The notes beneath the pieces were generated by a model. The model was given only the letters and a program-made list of their open reading frames with translations. It was not told the DNA's origin and ran no database searches. Position numbers and translations under genes: made by a program. Below, piece by piece: positions 35,806 to 56,873 of a stretch of 64,000 bases of DNA. This DNA is from Zygnema circumcarinatum SAG 698-1b (taxonomy: Eukaryota > Plantae > Zygnematophyceae): assembly GCA_037447605.1 (NCBI GenBank), contig CM074807.1, positions 1,922,001 to 1,986,000 of the forward strand. The letters are read 5' to 3'. How positions within the stretch are numbered: the first letter of the stretch is position 1; every line of letters starts with the position of its first letter.

Positions 35806-38800
35806 TTAGTGCTGCTGCTGCTGCTGCTGCTTCTCCTCCTCGGGATCATTGGATAGATTTTCTGTTGCTCCCAGTTTCACAATATCCTCCACCAAGATCT
35901 TCCCATCTGCCACATGTAGACAGCAGATGAAAACAATGTCAGCGTGTGAAGCTGAATACTCTGTTTTCAATCTAAGACCCTCCCACGTTTGCTAATTCTC
36001 GAATTGCAATCATCATGATCCTGCGCTCAAGCCAAGCTATACACAACAGGCAGTTCATCCCCTGTTGGGATCCCACACCGCCCTCGGGCAGACGCGAGAT
36101 GCCATCTTTCATCCCTTCTCACTAATGCCTGCCTTTCGCTAAGTTGAACCATCCAGCGGTAACAGTCATAAAGTGAGGTTTATCCAGCAGACCATTACGT
36201 CATATACTGTATTGAGATAACAGAGTATGAAAGTGGAGGAGGCATGTTCGAAAGGATCCAAAAGATGGCCCCTGTCGAACTTTGCCTTTGCCACCGCATT
36301 ATGGAACAATCTGATACAAGTAGTTGCTGCATGCGCAGATTATACATTACTAGCGCTACATTTGACGTCATCGAAATGACGACGCCAACGAGTCAACAAC
36401 GACATTTCGACGAGCTCTTATACTGCTTAAAAAATGTGAGCAGTCTGAGCGCGGATGTGTGCGGCTGAGCAGCCGTCAGCCTGCCTGGACAAAAGCGGCA
36501 AGCACCCATCAAGGTGCCGGCCGGTGCATCACATCTTAATGGAAAGCTAGCTTTTTACGCTCTCAGGCAAAAAAAGTCAGCTGAATTTTTTCCATTTGTT
36601 GCCGTCATTACACCATACACGTGTGGCCTAAAAAATACAGCCTGTTTATGTGAATGCAGTTCGGGCAACTATCGGCTTTGATCATCTATACACGGGAAAT
36701 GCATAGAGCTCTACTGAACCCGGTCACACATGCCTTATAACCATAACTTGCAAAAGCCAACTTCATAATGAACCAGTGGGGTTTGAATATGCAGGGGGTG
36801 AAACAACAGGACGATGGATGACGCACCCTGATCTTTGGCGAGGCTGCTAATGAGTTCCCTCACAGGATCGTCTCCAAGACTGCTCCTCAGTACTTGACAT
36901 GCCGCCGCTACCTCCTCGGGCGTCACCTTGCCATCATGGTCCCTGCAGTACACAGTTTCCGAAGTACTCAGCTGTCACTGGCAACCTTGGGACCTGGGAC
37001 AGCTCTCAAAGCTGTTGATGTGCATGTTTCCAAATGGAGAAAACACTAATTTCAGACAAGAAAGACCAGGATGCCAAAGTGTAGGGCCGTTCCCTCACGT
37101 ATCCAGAATCTTCCAGCGGGTGCCGATCTTCTCATCGACGGCATCGAGCTCTTTCTCCAACTTGTGTAGCATTGAGTCCACCTGAATGCGATCAGCACCA
37201 AGAAATATCGATATGTCACCACCAACCAAACACTGAATAAATGCTCTTGAATGTGAAGTTGCCCTTGCAGATCATCTTCTCCTTGCCTAAAACCCTCTCT
37301 ACCTCCAAAAAGTAGACCATGGTAACGCCTTCACTCCAAGCAGCCTACCCCATTGAGGTCTGACTGCATCAACTACTCAATATGCACAAGAGAGCTTATT
37401 CCTTGACTTCAAGTCAAAAGAATGCCTCCACTAAGCAATTACATAGATTCACGGGTCCAACACCAATGCCGAAGTCACGGCTAGCGTTGTAAGTTTCTCT
37501 TGGCACGTACAAGCTATGCACACCCGTGATCACAAACACCAACGTTTCTGCGGCTCATTGGTCTCAGATGATCCAAGAGCTTCCTATTTCAGCCAATTTC
37601 ACAAGCTACCTAGTGGAATGCCCGAGAGACAGAGGCAAAAGCCTGTGTTGCTCCATTGGAGACGCAAATAATGCATGTCCTTCCATCTTCTACTCTCCCA
37701 TTTCTCTTCTAACACTCTCGACCGACACCAACACACTAAGATTCGCTGCCAGTATTCGTGGCCAGTTCAGGACTGCCTTCGCAACCATCAACAGCATGCA
37801 GACATGCATAAACTTCACCACATGCTACTAAAGCCATGAGCCATGCACATGAATAGGACAAGAGCAGGAGAGTTGAGGTTTCCACGCTGCACAGCAATCT
37901 GGTCTCAGTGACACTAGGAGTGCATTGTTCAGCCTCTCAACAATGAAGTGCATGGTGTGCAAACATAAATCTACACTCTCAAGTATCCCCGACTCCCATC
38001 CGCTAACTCAGCCACTGTTCGCTGTCCATACCTTCGAAATAAGAGCATTAGAAGCATCCGATCCACTGTCTTCTGCCGCTTCGAGAGCTGCTTGATGTGC
38101 AGCATTGTACGCCTCTCGTGCCTCTGCCTCCGTACTTGTGCCCTCCTTGGTCACTAGATTATTGTACAGCTGAATCTGCAGTCACACAAGTACACAGTTT
38201 TTGATGTATTCACAAACTTCTCTCTGTGGCTCTTACTCCTTTCATTATATGCAAATGATCATCCGAATACCAATCTGACATAGGCTGACTTCACCAACGC
38301 CAAAGAATGCAATAAACTGCAATACTGAACAGTCCAGGGGTATCAGAAAATAGCGGCAACTTTTACCCTATCGTCGCCTGAAATCCCTCTCTACATTTTC
38401 TCTCCCGCTTAAATATTCGCCTACAATTCCTAAGTCAAGGCTAGCAAAGTAGTTTTCTCTCGGTACTGACGAGCTATAAAGACCAGTGATCGTCAGAAAG
38501 AAGATCATCAAAGCCATGCAGGGCAAGAGCCTAAACTTCTGCTCATTTGCTGCAGCTTTTGTCATAAATCGCCTTCAACATGCAAGCATTAGCTGCATTA
38601 GCTCCATAGATAATCGACTTCAACAAAATGCACACAATTCACGTTTTCTATCATATGAGCACCGCTAGTCAAGATATCACGCGAATAACGTTTTCTAGCC
38701 ATCACAGAACTGGCCTTCGTGAATCTCACCTCCTTATTCACCATCCGCAGGAAATCTGCACGCTCCTTGGCCACCGACTAGACCCGCAAGGGAGCAAAGC

Positions 38801-41800
38801 AACATAATAAGCCACAGAATGCTAGCCTAAAGTGTAGATATAGCTACAAAAATAAATTGAACTGGTTTATTCAAGAAATGTGCAGCGAGTACTTTTTTTA
38901 GCCTATAAAGTGCTTCTTGTTGATACTTGCACACTTCTACACACCATTGCAATACCAATCCCATCTTCTTTCCTCTATGGCTTTATTCAAAAAACGGCAA
39001 AAAAACATCAAAAAAGAATCTCGTGAATGCTCTTCCCACTTTCATCTATGGACTGGTAACTTTCGAAGGATAAAAAGGGAAAAAAATCCTTACAGAGCCA
39101 GCTGCGAGGGTAGCAAGGGCAGCGCTCAGTTTGCAAAGGTCATCGCGCTTTGAAGCCGCCTTCCTGGACACAGCCTTGGCCTTTTCAACTGCTTTGTCCT
39201 CGTCTACCTCTTTCGCTGTTGCTGCTTGCATCTCCTCCAGTGCACGGTCACGCGATGCTTCCTCCTCTTCCTTCTGCTGCCTTGCCTTCTCTTGTGCTTC
39301 CTCTTCCTGCATTCCACAGTTTTAAGGGGTTTAGAAATGAAAATGGAGTGAAAACCAATGGCAGGAGTGCCAATGATCGAAGACATGATATTTATACAAT
39401 TTCCTATCTCTATGAAATCTCGGAAGGTATGGGGAGCATCGAATCAGAAAGGTGCAGCCTGCATTCGGGCAAGCTCACACCGCCGAAACTCTTTGTGATT
39501 TAGGAGCTGAAATTATACATGCGCATGTCCATCACCTAACCACTAATAGTATCTGAAGTGCTCTAAGCTGATATGGGTGTAGAGGCTAAGAGGTCCCTTG
39601 TAACTTCAAAGTCAAACCTAGAATGGTTAAGGAAACTTTGTCTGCCGTGCATGACATTTATCACAGTGTGCAGCAAACTGTTGGTGCCCATTTTAGGGCA
39701 CCGTAGATTGGCTGCACAGTGGAGGGCTGAGGGACAGACATTTCCTTACTGGAAGGAAAACGATATGAACTGGTTGCAAAAGACAGTGTAACACCTGATG
39801 CTATGACTTTTGAGGAGTGGCACTACCTTAATGAGGGCTTCCTCCTCCTTGAGCTTCTCCAATTTGCGTTTGCGCTCCATCACCGTGTCTTCCGTGACAG
39901 ATGCTCCAACTTGCTCCACCACAGTATCTGGTAGTGATGAGAGTGTGAAGGACACAGCTTCTTCCGGCTTCAAACGGCTTCCTACAAGGAACGCTCTGCA
40001 TTTTCAAAACACATCACAATTCTCAGTCTCTTCACGGAAGCGCTTCTCCAAAGGATCACAGGAATCACCAAAAAAAAACCTTTGTGAGAATGCAAGCATA
40101 CTTCAAAATGGTTGCCTCGCCTACTTTCAAGATCACATTCACTATCATGCATCAGGACACTGTCCTTTCCTAGAAAACGTATCTCAACCAGTCAAATCAA
40201 TCATAGGCTGCAAGTACCTTGAAAGAATGAGCAGTGATGACGGCACAGCGCGGTTTAGGGAGAGATCGAGCCAATCGCGTAACTGCAAATATCCCTCCAA
40301 AAGCTCAGTTAAAGGAGCTTCTCAATTTAATCACATCTGCTCATTGCATCCTATTCCTTATAATGCTCTCTGTTCGGAACTGCAACTCGTAATGAACATG
40401 GAATCTCCTCCTTCCGCACTTGTGTCATATTGACTACATAAACCCCTGCTAGCAAACAATGTGGCTCTCTGCTACTTGGCAAAAGTGTCTTGTGTGGTTG
40501 GTAGTTGATGTTTCTTTTCCAGCAGTTAGAATGACCAATCTGTGTCAGCAACATCTTGTTGTGATTTTAACTAGGTTCTCAAGGATTATGGGCTATCTGC
40601 GATTGAGGCGAGGACCATGGTACCTGCTGTCGCATCTCCTCCACAGAGAGCAGTCCCATCATGCCTCGTTCTCGTGTTGCGGAACGCAGCTCTGTTTCAG
40701 TAAGGGACTCCACGGCTTCTGCTTGAATCATTTTGTCATCCTCCTTGATCCTGGCCAAATTCCCATTGTATCGAAACAGCTGTTTAACACTCACACTCCT
40801 CGAACGCTAATACTGATGAGCTCCTGCCAATGCATAGCCTATAAGACGTAACGATGACCCACACATTCAAAATTCTCTGTGTTTCACATGAATAAGATTA
40901 AACTCGTCTTAACAAAATATTGAGTCATAACCACAAATTTTCAACACAACAAATTAAAGAGAAACAACGGACACACCCGGTGCTATTCACACCCAAAATA
41001 ACGATTTGCTAATCCAAGAACAGTGATTTCTGAGGTAACAAGTGCACATTGTTATCAGCACATCCTCAAGAAATTTTCATTCACTTTTTCCTGCATCCGA
41101 CACGAGCAATATTCAAGTCCCTCCTCCTACCACCCCTGTCAAGTGCAAACAAAATAGGTCAGGTTATCTAGAAGACAGCACTATCGCTTGATAGGTACAT
41201 GGCTGCTCTCATCCTCACCAGGCTAACTTAGCACGAAGAATGTATCGTAAATATGCGTCCGTTCCAAATGTCTGTAGACCCATATACTTGCACATGCTGA
41301 CCAAGCGTGACCTGTAACCAAAGGATTCCAGAAAAGGTACCCCCGCTTCACAGAGTAAATCAAGTATCGGCCGAATCGTCAGTCTCCTTGACCATAAACC
41401 TTAGAACAAGCGAAACGTTGGATGCAATCACAGCGGACAAGCACAGGTTGATCTGAAAATTCTACAAGTATTATGAGGGTGATGGGATAGATGCTAGCTT
41501 GCAGCAGAGTATAAGTTGACTCTGCATTGAATGACGCAGCTCATATAACCATTGCAGCAAGGTGATGGAACCAAACGGATAGCAGGGGGACGTAAACGGT
41601 AAGTTTACGCCAGTCAACTGTGCTTTGTTGTTGAGAGGGCCTCGGCAATTTAATCACCAAAAGCTTCTCCCAACCGTTCAGCAGCATTTCCCAAGACGCC
41701 ATGCCAACACCTCAGACAAAGACTATGTACAACAAGTTTCAGAAGCCGGTTCACAAGTACTAGACCTTCAAAGACCTGTTCGTCCAATTCAACAAGATTT

Positions 41801-44271
41801 TTCGGCCATGAATAAGTGGCCACCTAAACATGCGATGATCACAGGACTGACAACTGCGCCGCAAAATACAAAAAACACAGACTAAATTCCAGCGATTTGG
41901 AAGGCCAACTGTGCGCACCTAGAGATGTTGTCCAGAGTAAGCTCATCATTGAAGAGCTTTGCGAAGCTAAGTATCTCATCATTTGTCACCCTCCCACCTG
42001 TTCGTACCTGCAAAAGGTGGTCTTAAATCAGGGGAAATGTTGATGAGACCTGCTCTCAGCATCAATCATCAGATAATCGGTAATTAATAATAGTAAGGTG
42101 GCTCTACTCATAGCAATAAGCATACTGTAGCCTGTACCATTCGACATAAAGTTTCACCTCCACAATTCTCTTGAGCGAGAGTCTCCGAAGGGAGGCTCGA
42201 AGCGATGAGAACATACAAAGAGCGAGAAAAAGAGACCAAAACCAGCATAGCAGAGATCAATTAACACCTCGGAGAAGTAACAGTTTGAATACCGGGTCGT
42301 CAAAACATGCATTCAAACATGCGGTTCAAGGACACTTACTAGCCTTCTAGACTCGGGCTTCAGAGCTGCCAGGTGCAGGTCCAATGCAGGAGCATATCAT
42401 ACACAGATGTCATCTCACATTCAAACCGGGCGCCTCAGCCTCCATGATCATCCAAACTGTCTTGAATCCTCACAGCTGGTAAGCAACATGGTCGACTATG
42501 CTTAAACTGACTCCCCGAACACAGTCATGAAAGCTATGCTCCATAGCTTCTACAAGATCATCCCAAATCGATTATTCATTCGATACCAACTCTGCCAATT
42601 ACGCCCTCGTCATATGGACTTTGCATTTTGGGTTCACCGAATCCACTTCCGTTCTCGCGGAAAAGGTTACCTACCTTGGTCATGAACTTCTGCAATGTCT
42701 CAGCAGTCTTTTTTAAATCGCCTGAGCGTGTTGTTTTCACTTCCTTCGCCATTTCACCCACTGTCTCTTGGAGAAATTTTGCCATTTCTAACCTTGCTTT
42801 AAGCTTGCGTTTCAAATTTTCCTGCCATTGTTTCAAATACAGCATGATGTCAGGTAGCTGGTTTATCGCCTTCCACACTACCCTCGTCGTCATCAAAATG
42901 TCATTCTTTCAATGAGAAAAGACATTCAAGCGATGACCCCTTTTTCTCTACAAATAATCCTAAGTACAAAGTCCACAAACTCAGAGACACCCTGTTATCG
43001 TTCGGAATGCTCATATTGCACGAGGGAGAAACCTATCAAATTCCAAAGGTTCATGCGAAACACTTTAATCTCTCTCTACTTTTCGAAACTAAAATATTCC
43101 ATAGGAGGAAGAAAGTGGGGAGGTGAGTATTGGTGCTGCGTGCTTTCGCGGGGATAGTGAAGTCTTTAGCCATCCTTTAGCCGCCATTTCTACAATGGTT
43201 CCAAGCAAACAACAACTACATATACAAAGTATTGCTACTCACCTCTTCTTTCATTTTGTCCTGAAATGTTGATGGAAGCATGTTGGGAAACAGCCTGAGC
43301 GCCAAAGGCAAAGCGAACTCCATAAATGGTACAATGACAAACACAGCAAACGGTACGAGACGAAAAATATCGGCAGCTGTTCTCGTCAGCTGCTGCCTCT
43401 CTCGTCTAGTCAAGTTCTTACCATTCGCAAGCTTCAGAAGAAGCCGAGATGAAATCCTAATGTCCGCCCAAAGCAGCTTTGTGCCTATCCAATAATGTTG
43501 TAAAGTTTCTATTACCAAGTCTTTCCACTCTGTTAACTTGTTAACCCAATCTTTTCTGCTCATAGACGCCACACTCCTTATCCCGGAGGGAATCCCAAGA
43601 ACTATCTGCCAGAAACGAGAAAATAGAGCCATTACGAGCATGAATGACGCTCTCACAACACCCTTTCCTTCCTTGACGGCCTGGTTCGCAGCTTGTACGC
43701 GAGCTTTCACACTGCTCAGTCCCTCCACTGCCTGGTCGCAGTCTTCCGGTGATGCCTCTTTCGGCTTCTGCTTTGTCTCTGCCGCCGCCTGCTCATTGCT
43801 GGCAACTCGTGATGCTACTTCAGCCTGCTGCAAGCATACTCGAGGAAGTGCGGAAATCCAGCGAGTGTGCATATGAACAGACGAGAGCGAGGCGGTCATT
43901 TGAGGGTTTGCATTTGTGCTCCGATGCACAGTTGGCACATTCTGTGCCACTGCATATTCCCTCCAAACACCCTTGCATGCAGTTGCCAACCCAAGTCTGC
44001 CATCCCCTTGGTAGGAAGGTGTAGGCAAACCGCCCGACTTGAGTATTTCCTCGTCCTGATGGCTGCTATGAAAAAAAGTTGTAAGCTGAGAACCACTAGG
44101 CAAAGGATCCAACCGCTCTCGGCTCCAGCCCGACCAGTATCCATCTCCATATCGACCAACTTCGCCATCCAATAGATCTCTCGCAGCTCGAGGTGTGCGC
44201 CTTAGCACTCCTCGAGCTGTCAGCTTTTGCACAGCCCCTCTGAACGCCATTTGTTCCGGGAAAAATGCCAA
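35806..44271 (-). CDS. LETM1: LETM1 mitochondrial proton/calcium exchanger (LETM1 domain plus EF-hand); 13 exons; start at Met 44271 or 44250
   Basis: Phase-consistent exons: 43243-44271, 42675-42821, 41919-42007, 41219-41311, 40624-40750, 40218-40282, 39827-39995, 39094-39306, 38730-38777, 38032-38175, 37099-37181, 36827-36942, 35806-35906. Motifs [53 protein letters not shown] and [11 protein letters not shown]-hand loop [12 protein letters not shown]. Arg-rich presequence; short polyQ tail. Confidence 0.95.
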
Positions 44272-44701
44272 TCCGGTTCAAATATATGCAAGTAAAATCA
44301 GAGCCAGTTAGAAGGGTTAACCCCCAGAAGCGCTAGGACGGCCTGGAGGAGTCCGCGTCGGCGATCCATGGCGAGGAGGTTGCAGGCGCGCGAGGAGCGA
44401 GGGATGGCGGGCGGACGAACACGGCGGCCCTCCCTCTCTGAGTTGCCGGCCGACGGACGGTACCGTACCGTTGTCACCGGACGGCGAGGCCAAAGCGAGG
44501 GCCCTGTTGGCCGTTCGCTGCGCGCTTTTTGTTCCACGCTCCGTCGCACAGCAGGTCGTGTCCGTACGCCATGTGCCAATGGCATGGCATGGCATGGAAT
44601 GGCTGCATGGGGGCGTCACGGTGATGGGATGAGGAATTCCGTCATCCGGCAAGTTGGCCCATCCGGCCATCCGTCCCACTCGTCCGACGACTGGGCATGC
44701 C

Positions 44702-44803
44702 CAGGTCGTTTGCGAGCGGCTCCTCGTGGTTCTCCATGTTTGTTTTTGTCCGCGTACAATCGATGGCATCGCCGTGCGTGAGATCAATGCCAGATCCACC
44801 TCC
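44702..44803 (+). repeat. Dispersed repeat family, copy A (partial)
   Basis: About 75-80% identical by eye to 56604-56675 (AGGTC.TTTGCGA...TCGTGGTTCTCC.TG...TTTTTGTCC...GTACA.T.GATGGCATCGCC), followed by the family motif GAGATCAATGCC at 44780-44791. Confidence 0.75.
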
Positions 44804-46035
44804 AGCGCTTCACTCCAGAGCTCACGAGCCAAGGCTGAGGGCCTTGCGGTCTCCCACACCCCCACTCATCAGGATTCCAATAATCGCTCCATGGCTTCGT
44901 TACAACCATAGGATGATGGCATGGCATTGGCATGTGAGGATGGTATGCGAATGGCGATGGGGGCTTTGAATGAGGTCCCAGAAACCTCGAATCTATACTG
45001 CGATCTTGGGATGCGTGTAAACTCGACTTTTCTTGCAACCGACTAACTTTTTGCGGCGGAATGGCTGGAGTTATGTCCCGTAAACAGATTGGGAATAGCT
45101 TGCTACAGAAGTTGTGGGTTGTGCAGGTTTCGATACTGACGGCAGTATCCTCAATCCGGATGTTCTTGCACCCATGATAAGAAGTGAGAAACAAAGGATA
45201 CACCATAGACTTGAATGGACCTAGAGAATGGGTGACCGAATGAACATCAGTTCAATCTTTGCAGTCAGCATTTTATCCCAGGCGTCGTGCATCACCTCTC
45301 ACCCATGAACTCCTAAAATAGCTGACACACCACTGCTTGGACAGAGGTAGGACTCGCATTAGATTGAAGGTATAACTACTGGCTGCAGAGCCTGCCTTAT
45401 GACATCTGCTACAGCAACCAGCAACAGAATCTAATGTAGACCACGACTTGCAGCTAACATTGAAGTCCAGCAATAGGGTCTACCGCTGCTAATTTGTCTA
45501 TGGCTTTACACCTAAAGTGAATGCCGGAGCAAACAAGAACGACCAACAAGAAGCTGACGATATGTGACCTAGAACCTGTATTTACTGCTTACTTCTGGCA
45601 CTGCAGCCAAGAATCTAATTCGTACATCTGTTGATAACGACACCTCTCCATTGGCCCTGCGCTGGGCCAGAAAAATGAAACACGAAGTGGTTCAAACAAT
45701 GGCAGGACGAAGGCCTGTCAGGTGCCGAAAGGGACAAAAACGATGTAGTCGAATCCTCACAGTCAAGGGTGACCTTGAAATCCCATTCGACGAACGCGGA
45801 GAGTCGACGCCAAGGATACATCAGTTCTTGTTGGGGTGCTTAGGAGCAGGGCTAAATTGGGGCTAGGATCGTTATCGAGCCTGTCCCATAAGGTTGAAGA
45901 TGTATATTCACTAAATCATATGTAAGGGTATGTCGAATGCTGCAATATATGGGGTCGATATGGACAGGGAAGGGACTGTCGGATCTCTAAGTAGTGCCAG
46001 CACTGATTGAAGTCGCGGATTTTGCAGAAGAGAAG

Positions 46036-54334
<8,299 letters not shown>

Positions 54335-54779
54335 TAGAGAATAGCAGCCGAATGCAGGGTTAACTGCCTTGGCTTGAATTCCAAAATTGTGAGAAGCAGT
54401 AAGGGATGGAGCTCTGCGGAGCTGCTCCAGCGGTGTCTTCCTTTAGAGCACCGGAAAGGAAAGAGCCGTTTCTTACCCTGCATTGATGTGTTCAAAGGTA
54501 CTATAAACGACCAGGGAACCTTCTGTGATAATGCAAACGCAAAGCCTTACAGGATAATCTCAACTCAGCTATGATAATCTGCATATTCTGAAAAGACTCT
54601 CCCTGCTGCTCCAAAGTTGCCACAGTTGGCCTGCATGAGGAGGCTTCCTTCCAGCGGCCATCATGACTGAATGACTGACCGGAAAATCCCGGAGCAGTGA
54701 AAAGAGAAAATGCACGGAATGCTGTCCGCTGCAAGTGAGCGCTAGGATGGAGCGCCCTCTCCCTCTCCACCTCGTTGCT

Positions 54780-55960
54780 GCGCCCTCCGCCGTCGCCCTG
54801 CCGCTAACTGAATGCCCGGCCGCCCGCCCGCCCGCCCGCAGGCGGACCGACGGATCTACGAGCGAGCTTGCGACCTTGCACCTTGGTCCTTGGCGCCAGC
54901 GGCCGGCCGGGCGGCCAGCCGGGCGGCCGGGCGGCCGGGCGGGCGGCCGGGCGGGAGCGAGCGAGCGAGCGCGAGAGAGAGCGAGTGAGAGTGAGAGCCG
55001 CTGCGGCGCGTCCCACGCCGGGCTGCCTGTCGTACGGTACGGCGCGCCGGGCCGGCCCCGCCCGCAGCCAGCCCGCCAGCCCGCCAGCCAACCAGCCAAC
55101 CAGCCAGCCGCGGGCGGGCGGGCGGGCTGGCAGGCAAGCCGGGGCGGGGGCGGGGCGGGGCGACGCGGGAGGGCCGGGCCCCCTCCCCTCCCCTCCCCTC
55201 CTCTCCCCAGCCGTGCGTCCGTACCGTCGCCTCCCCCCGCCGCCGCACCAAGCAAAGCCGCCCGCTCGCCCGGCGAGTGCGGACCTGCCACGTCGCCCCG
55301 AAGGCACGTCCAGTCGTCTAAGGACAGCCGCACACGTGGCTCGGATCACGGGTAAGCTCCGCCAATCATGGCATGGGCACTGTTCTGGCGGCCGCCGGCC
55401 GGCCGGCGGGGGCGGCCGGCGGAAGGAGGCCGGCCGGCCGGCGCAACCGTCAGGATCGGTGCGATACAATAGCAGGGATCTGAAACGTGGCGGATCCCCG
55501 GGCTACCACGTGACGCCTAATTACGGCACCCGTGCGAGCGGCGGCGGCTTGATGGCGGAGCGCAGCCCTGACACTGTAGCGCGTCGCCGTACGGCGGTAC
55601 GGCCCGCCCGCCCGCCAGATCGTGGATCGGGCCGGTTCCCAGACAAACTTGCCGGTACTGTAGCGCGTGCCGTACGGCACGTACATACGGTACATAACAT
55701 GTAACATGCGGCCGAGTGTGTGAGGGGCGGGGCGAGGAGCAGTTCGGCCTGTACCGTACCCAATCGAACTGGTCGGCGTGGGCCGTACATGCCGTACAGG
55801 GCTTGCAGATTTCTTGTTAGCGACCGACCAATGCGGCGGCGGCAGGTGGAAGCGCCGCGGATCAAGCTCAGGCCTAGGGGCGGGATAGGTGCGATAGCCA
55901 GCCACCCAGCCAGCCACCCAGCCAGCCAGCCAGCCAGCCGGCCGCGCTCGTACTGCGGAG
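54780..55960. repeat. Very GC-rich, CpG-island-like low-complexity region with (GCCC)n, (GGCC)n, (CAGC)n and GA-rich microsatellites; putative promoter/5' region of the histidine kinase
   Basis: Tracts are directly visible at 54820-54840, 54895-54955, 54955-54998, 55068-55112 and 55897-55942. The many overlapping Pro/Arg/Ala/Gly ORFs here are consequences of the stop-poor composition. Confidence 0.85.
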
Positions 55961-56028
55961 ATCACGGGAGAAAGAACTTTTATTTTTTCAATGCGTCTCA
56001 TTCAAGTGTGAGGTGCGGAGAACTCGCG

Positions 56029-56295
56029 TGATCTCACGATGGCGAGGCCATCAAATGTAAATGGATAAAATCAACCTATGGATTTAAAGGAAAATGTCAC
56101 AAAGGACCGCAGGACAAAAAGAAAAAGCCTATAAACAACTTTGCGGCTGCTTCTAGGCTGTGATGTTAAGCATAGGCGTAGTTTTCCACTCCGAGCTTTT
56201 TTCTTTGGTGCTTAGGTCCATTGAGAACAATTCCTCGTGGTTCCCCATGCTCACTTCGTCCATGTACATTTGATGGCCTCGTCATCGTGAGATCA
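56029..56295. mobile_element. 267-bp segment bounded by 37-bp inverted repeats (MITE/foldback-like) built from ends of the dispersed repeat family
   Basis: 56029-56065 (TGATCTCACGATGGCGAGGCCATCAAATGTAAATGGA) is the reverse complement of 56259-56295 with 2 mismatches. No target-site duplication was found. Confidence 0.55.
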
Positions 56296-56300
56296 ATGCC
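56141..56300 (+). repeat. Dispersed repeat family, copy B
   Basis: Aligns with 56531-56675 and 58760-58883 (GCGGCTGCTTCTAGG...TAGGCGTAG.TTTC...CTTAGGTCC...TTCCTCGTGGTTCCCC...GTCCAT...GATGGCCTCG...GAGATCAATGCC). Confidence 0.8.
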
Positions 56301-56475
56301 ACTTCCACTTCCGCCTTCGCCAGTGCGCCCATCGCTCCTTCGAGATGCGAACACGGCCCCGGAAGCCCTCTTCCGGCGATCCTGGCTACTTTTTATCGAC
56401 AGCGCATTTCCGTCGCCCTTCAGCGTTACTATCCTCGCTTCTACTCTCATTCGGCGTGCTGTGATTGTCGATAAC

Positions 56476-56675
56476 GTGTCGGTGGCTTTCCGCCGCTCCC
56501 TCCGCGCGATGTGCCGCACATCGGTGACCTTCGCGGCTGCTTCTAGGGCTGCGTTGTTGCGCCTAGGCGTAGCTTTCAGCTCTAACATTTCTCTTTGTGC
56601 CCTTAGGTCTTTTGCGACCAATTCTTCGTGGTTCTCCGTGATGTTTTTGTCCATTGTACATTTGATGGCATCGCC
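56476..56675 (+). repeat. Dispersed repeat family, copy C (longest)
   Basis: Collinear with 58696-58883 over about 190 bp, apart from an 18-bp indel. The minus strand reads MDKNITENHEELVAKDL... Confidence 0.8.
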
Positions 56676-56873
56676 TTTCGTTAGTTAAGAAATAAAAAAC
56701 GGCATTGATCTCACGAAATGATAGTTAACTTGGACGGGCCGACCTTGCAAATTTAGGGCTGGCGGTGGTGATCCCCCTCCGTCCCGATCGCTCCTAGCCC
56801 CAAGCCCTCCCAGCTCGTGGAAGCACACGTGGGGACCGACACAGTCACTATAACGTGAGTAGACTGTACAGTA

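Noticed and set aside
44930-45870. Short + strand frames between LETM1 and the kinase (e.g. GFDTDGSILNPDVLAPM; KWFKQWQDEG)
   Set aside because: They could not be joined into a coherent spliced gene and show no recognisable family.
54569-56031. Many overlapping 100-280 aa ORFs on both strands
   Set aside because: They are Pro/Arg/Ala/Gly translations of GC microsatellites with no domain motifs, explained by stop-codon scarcity.
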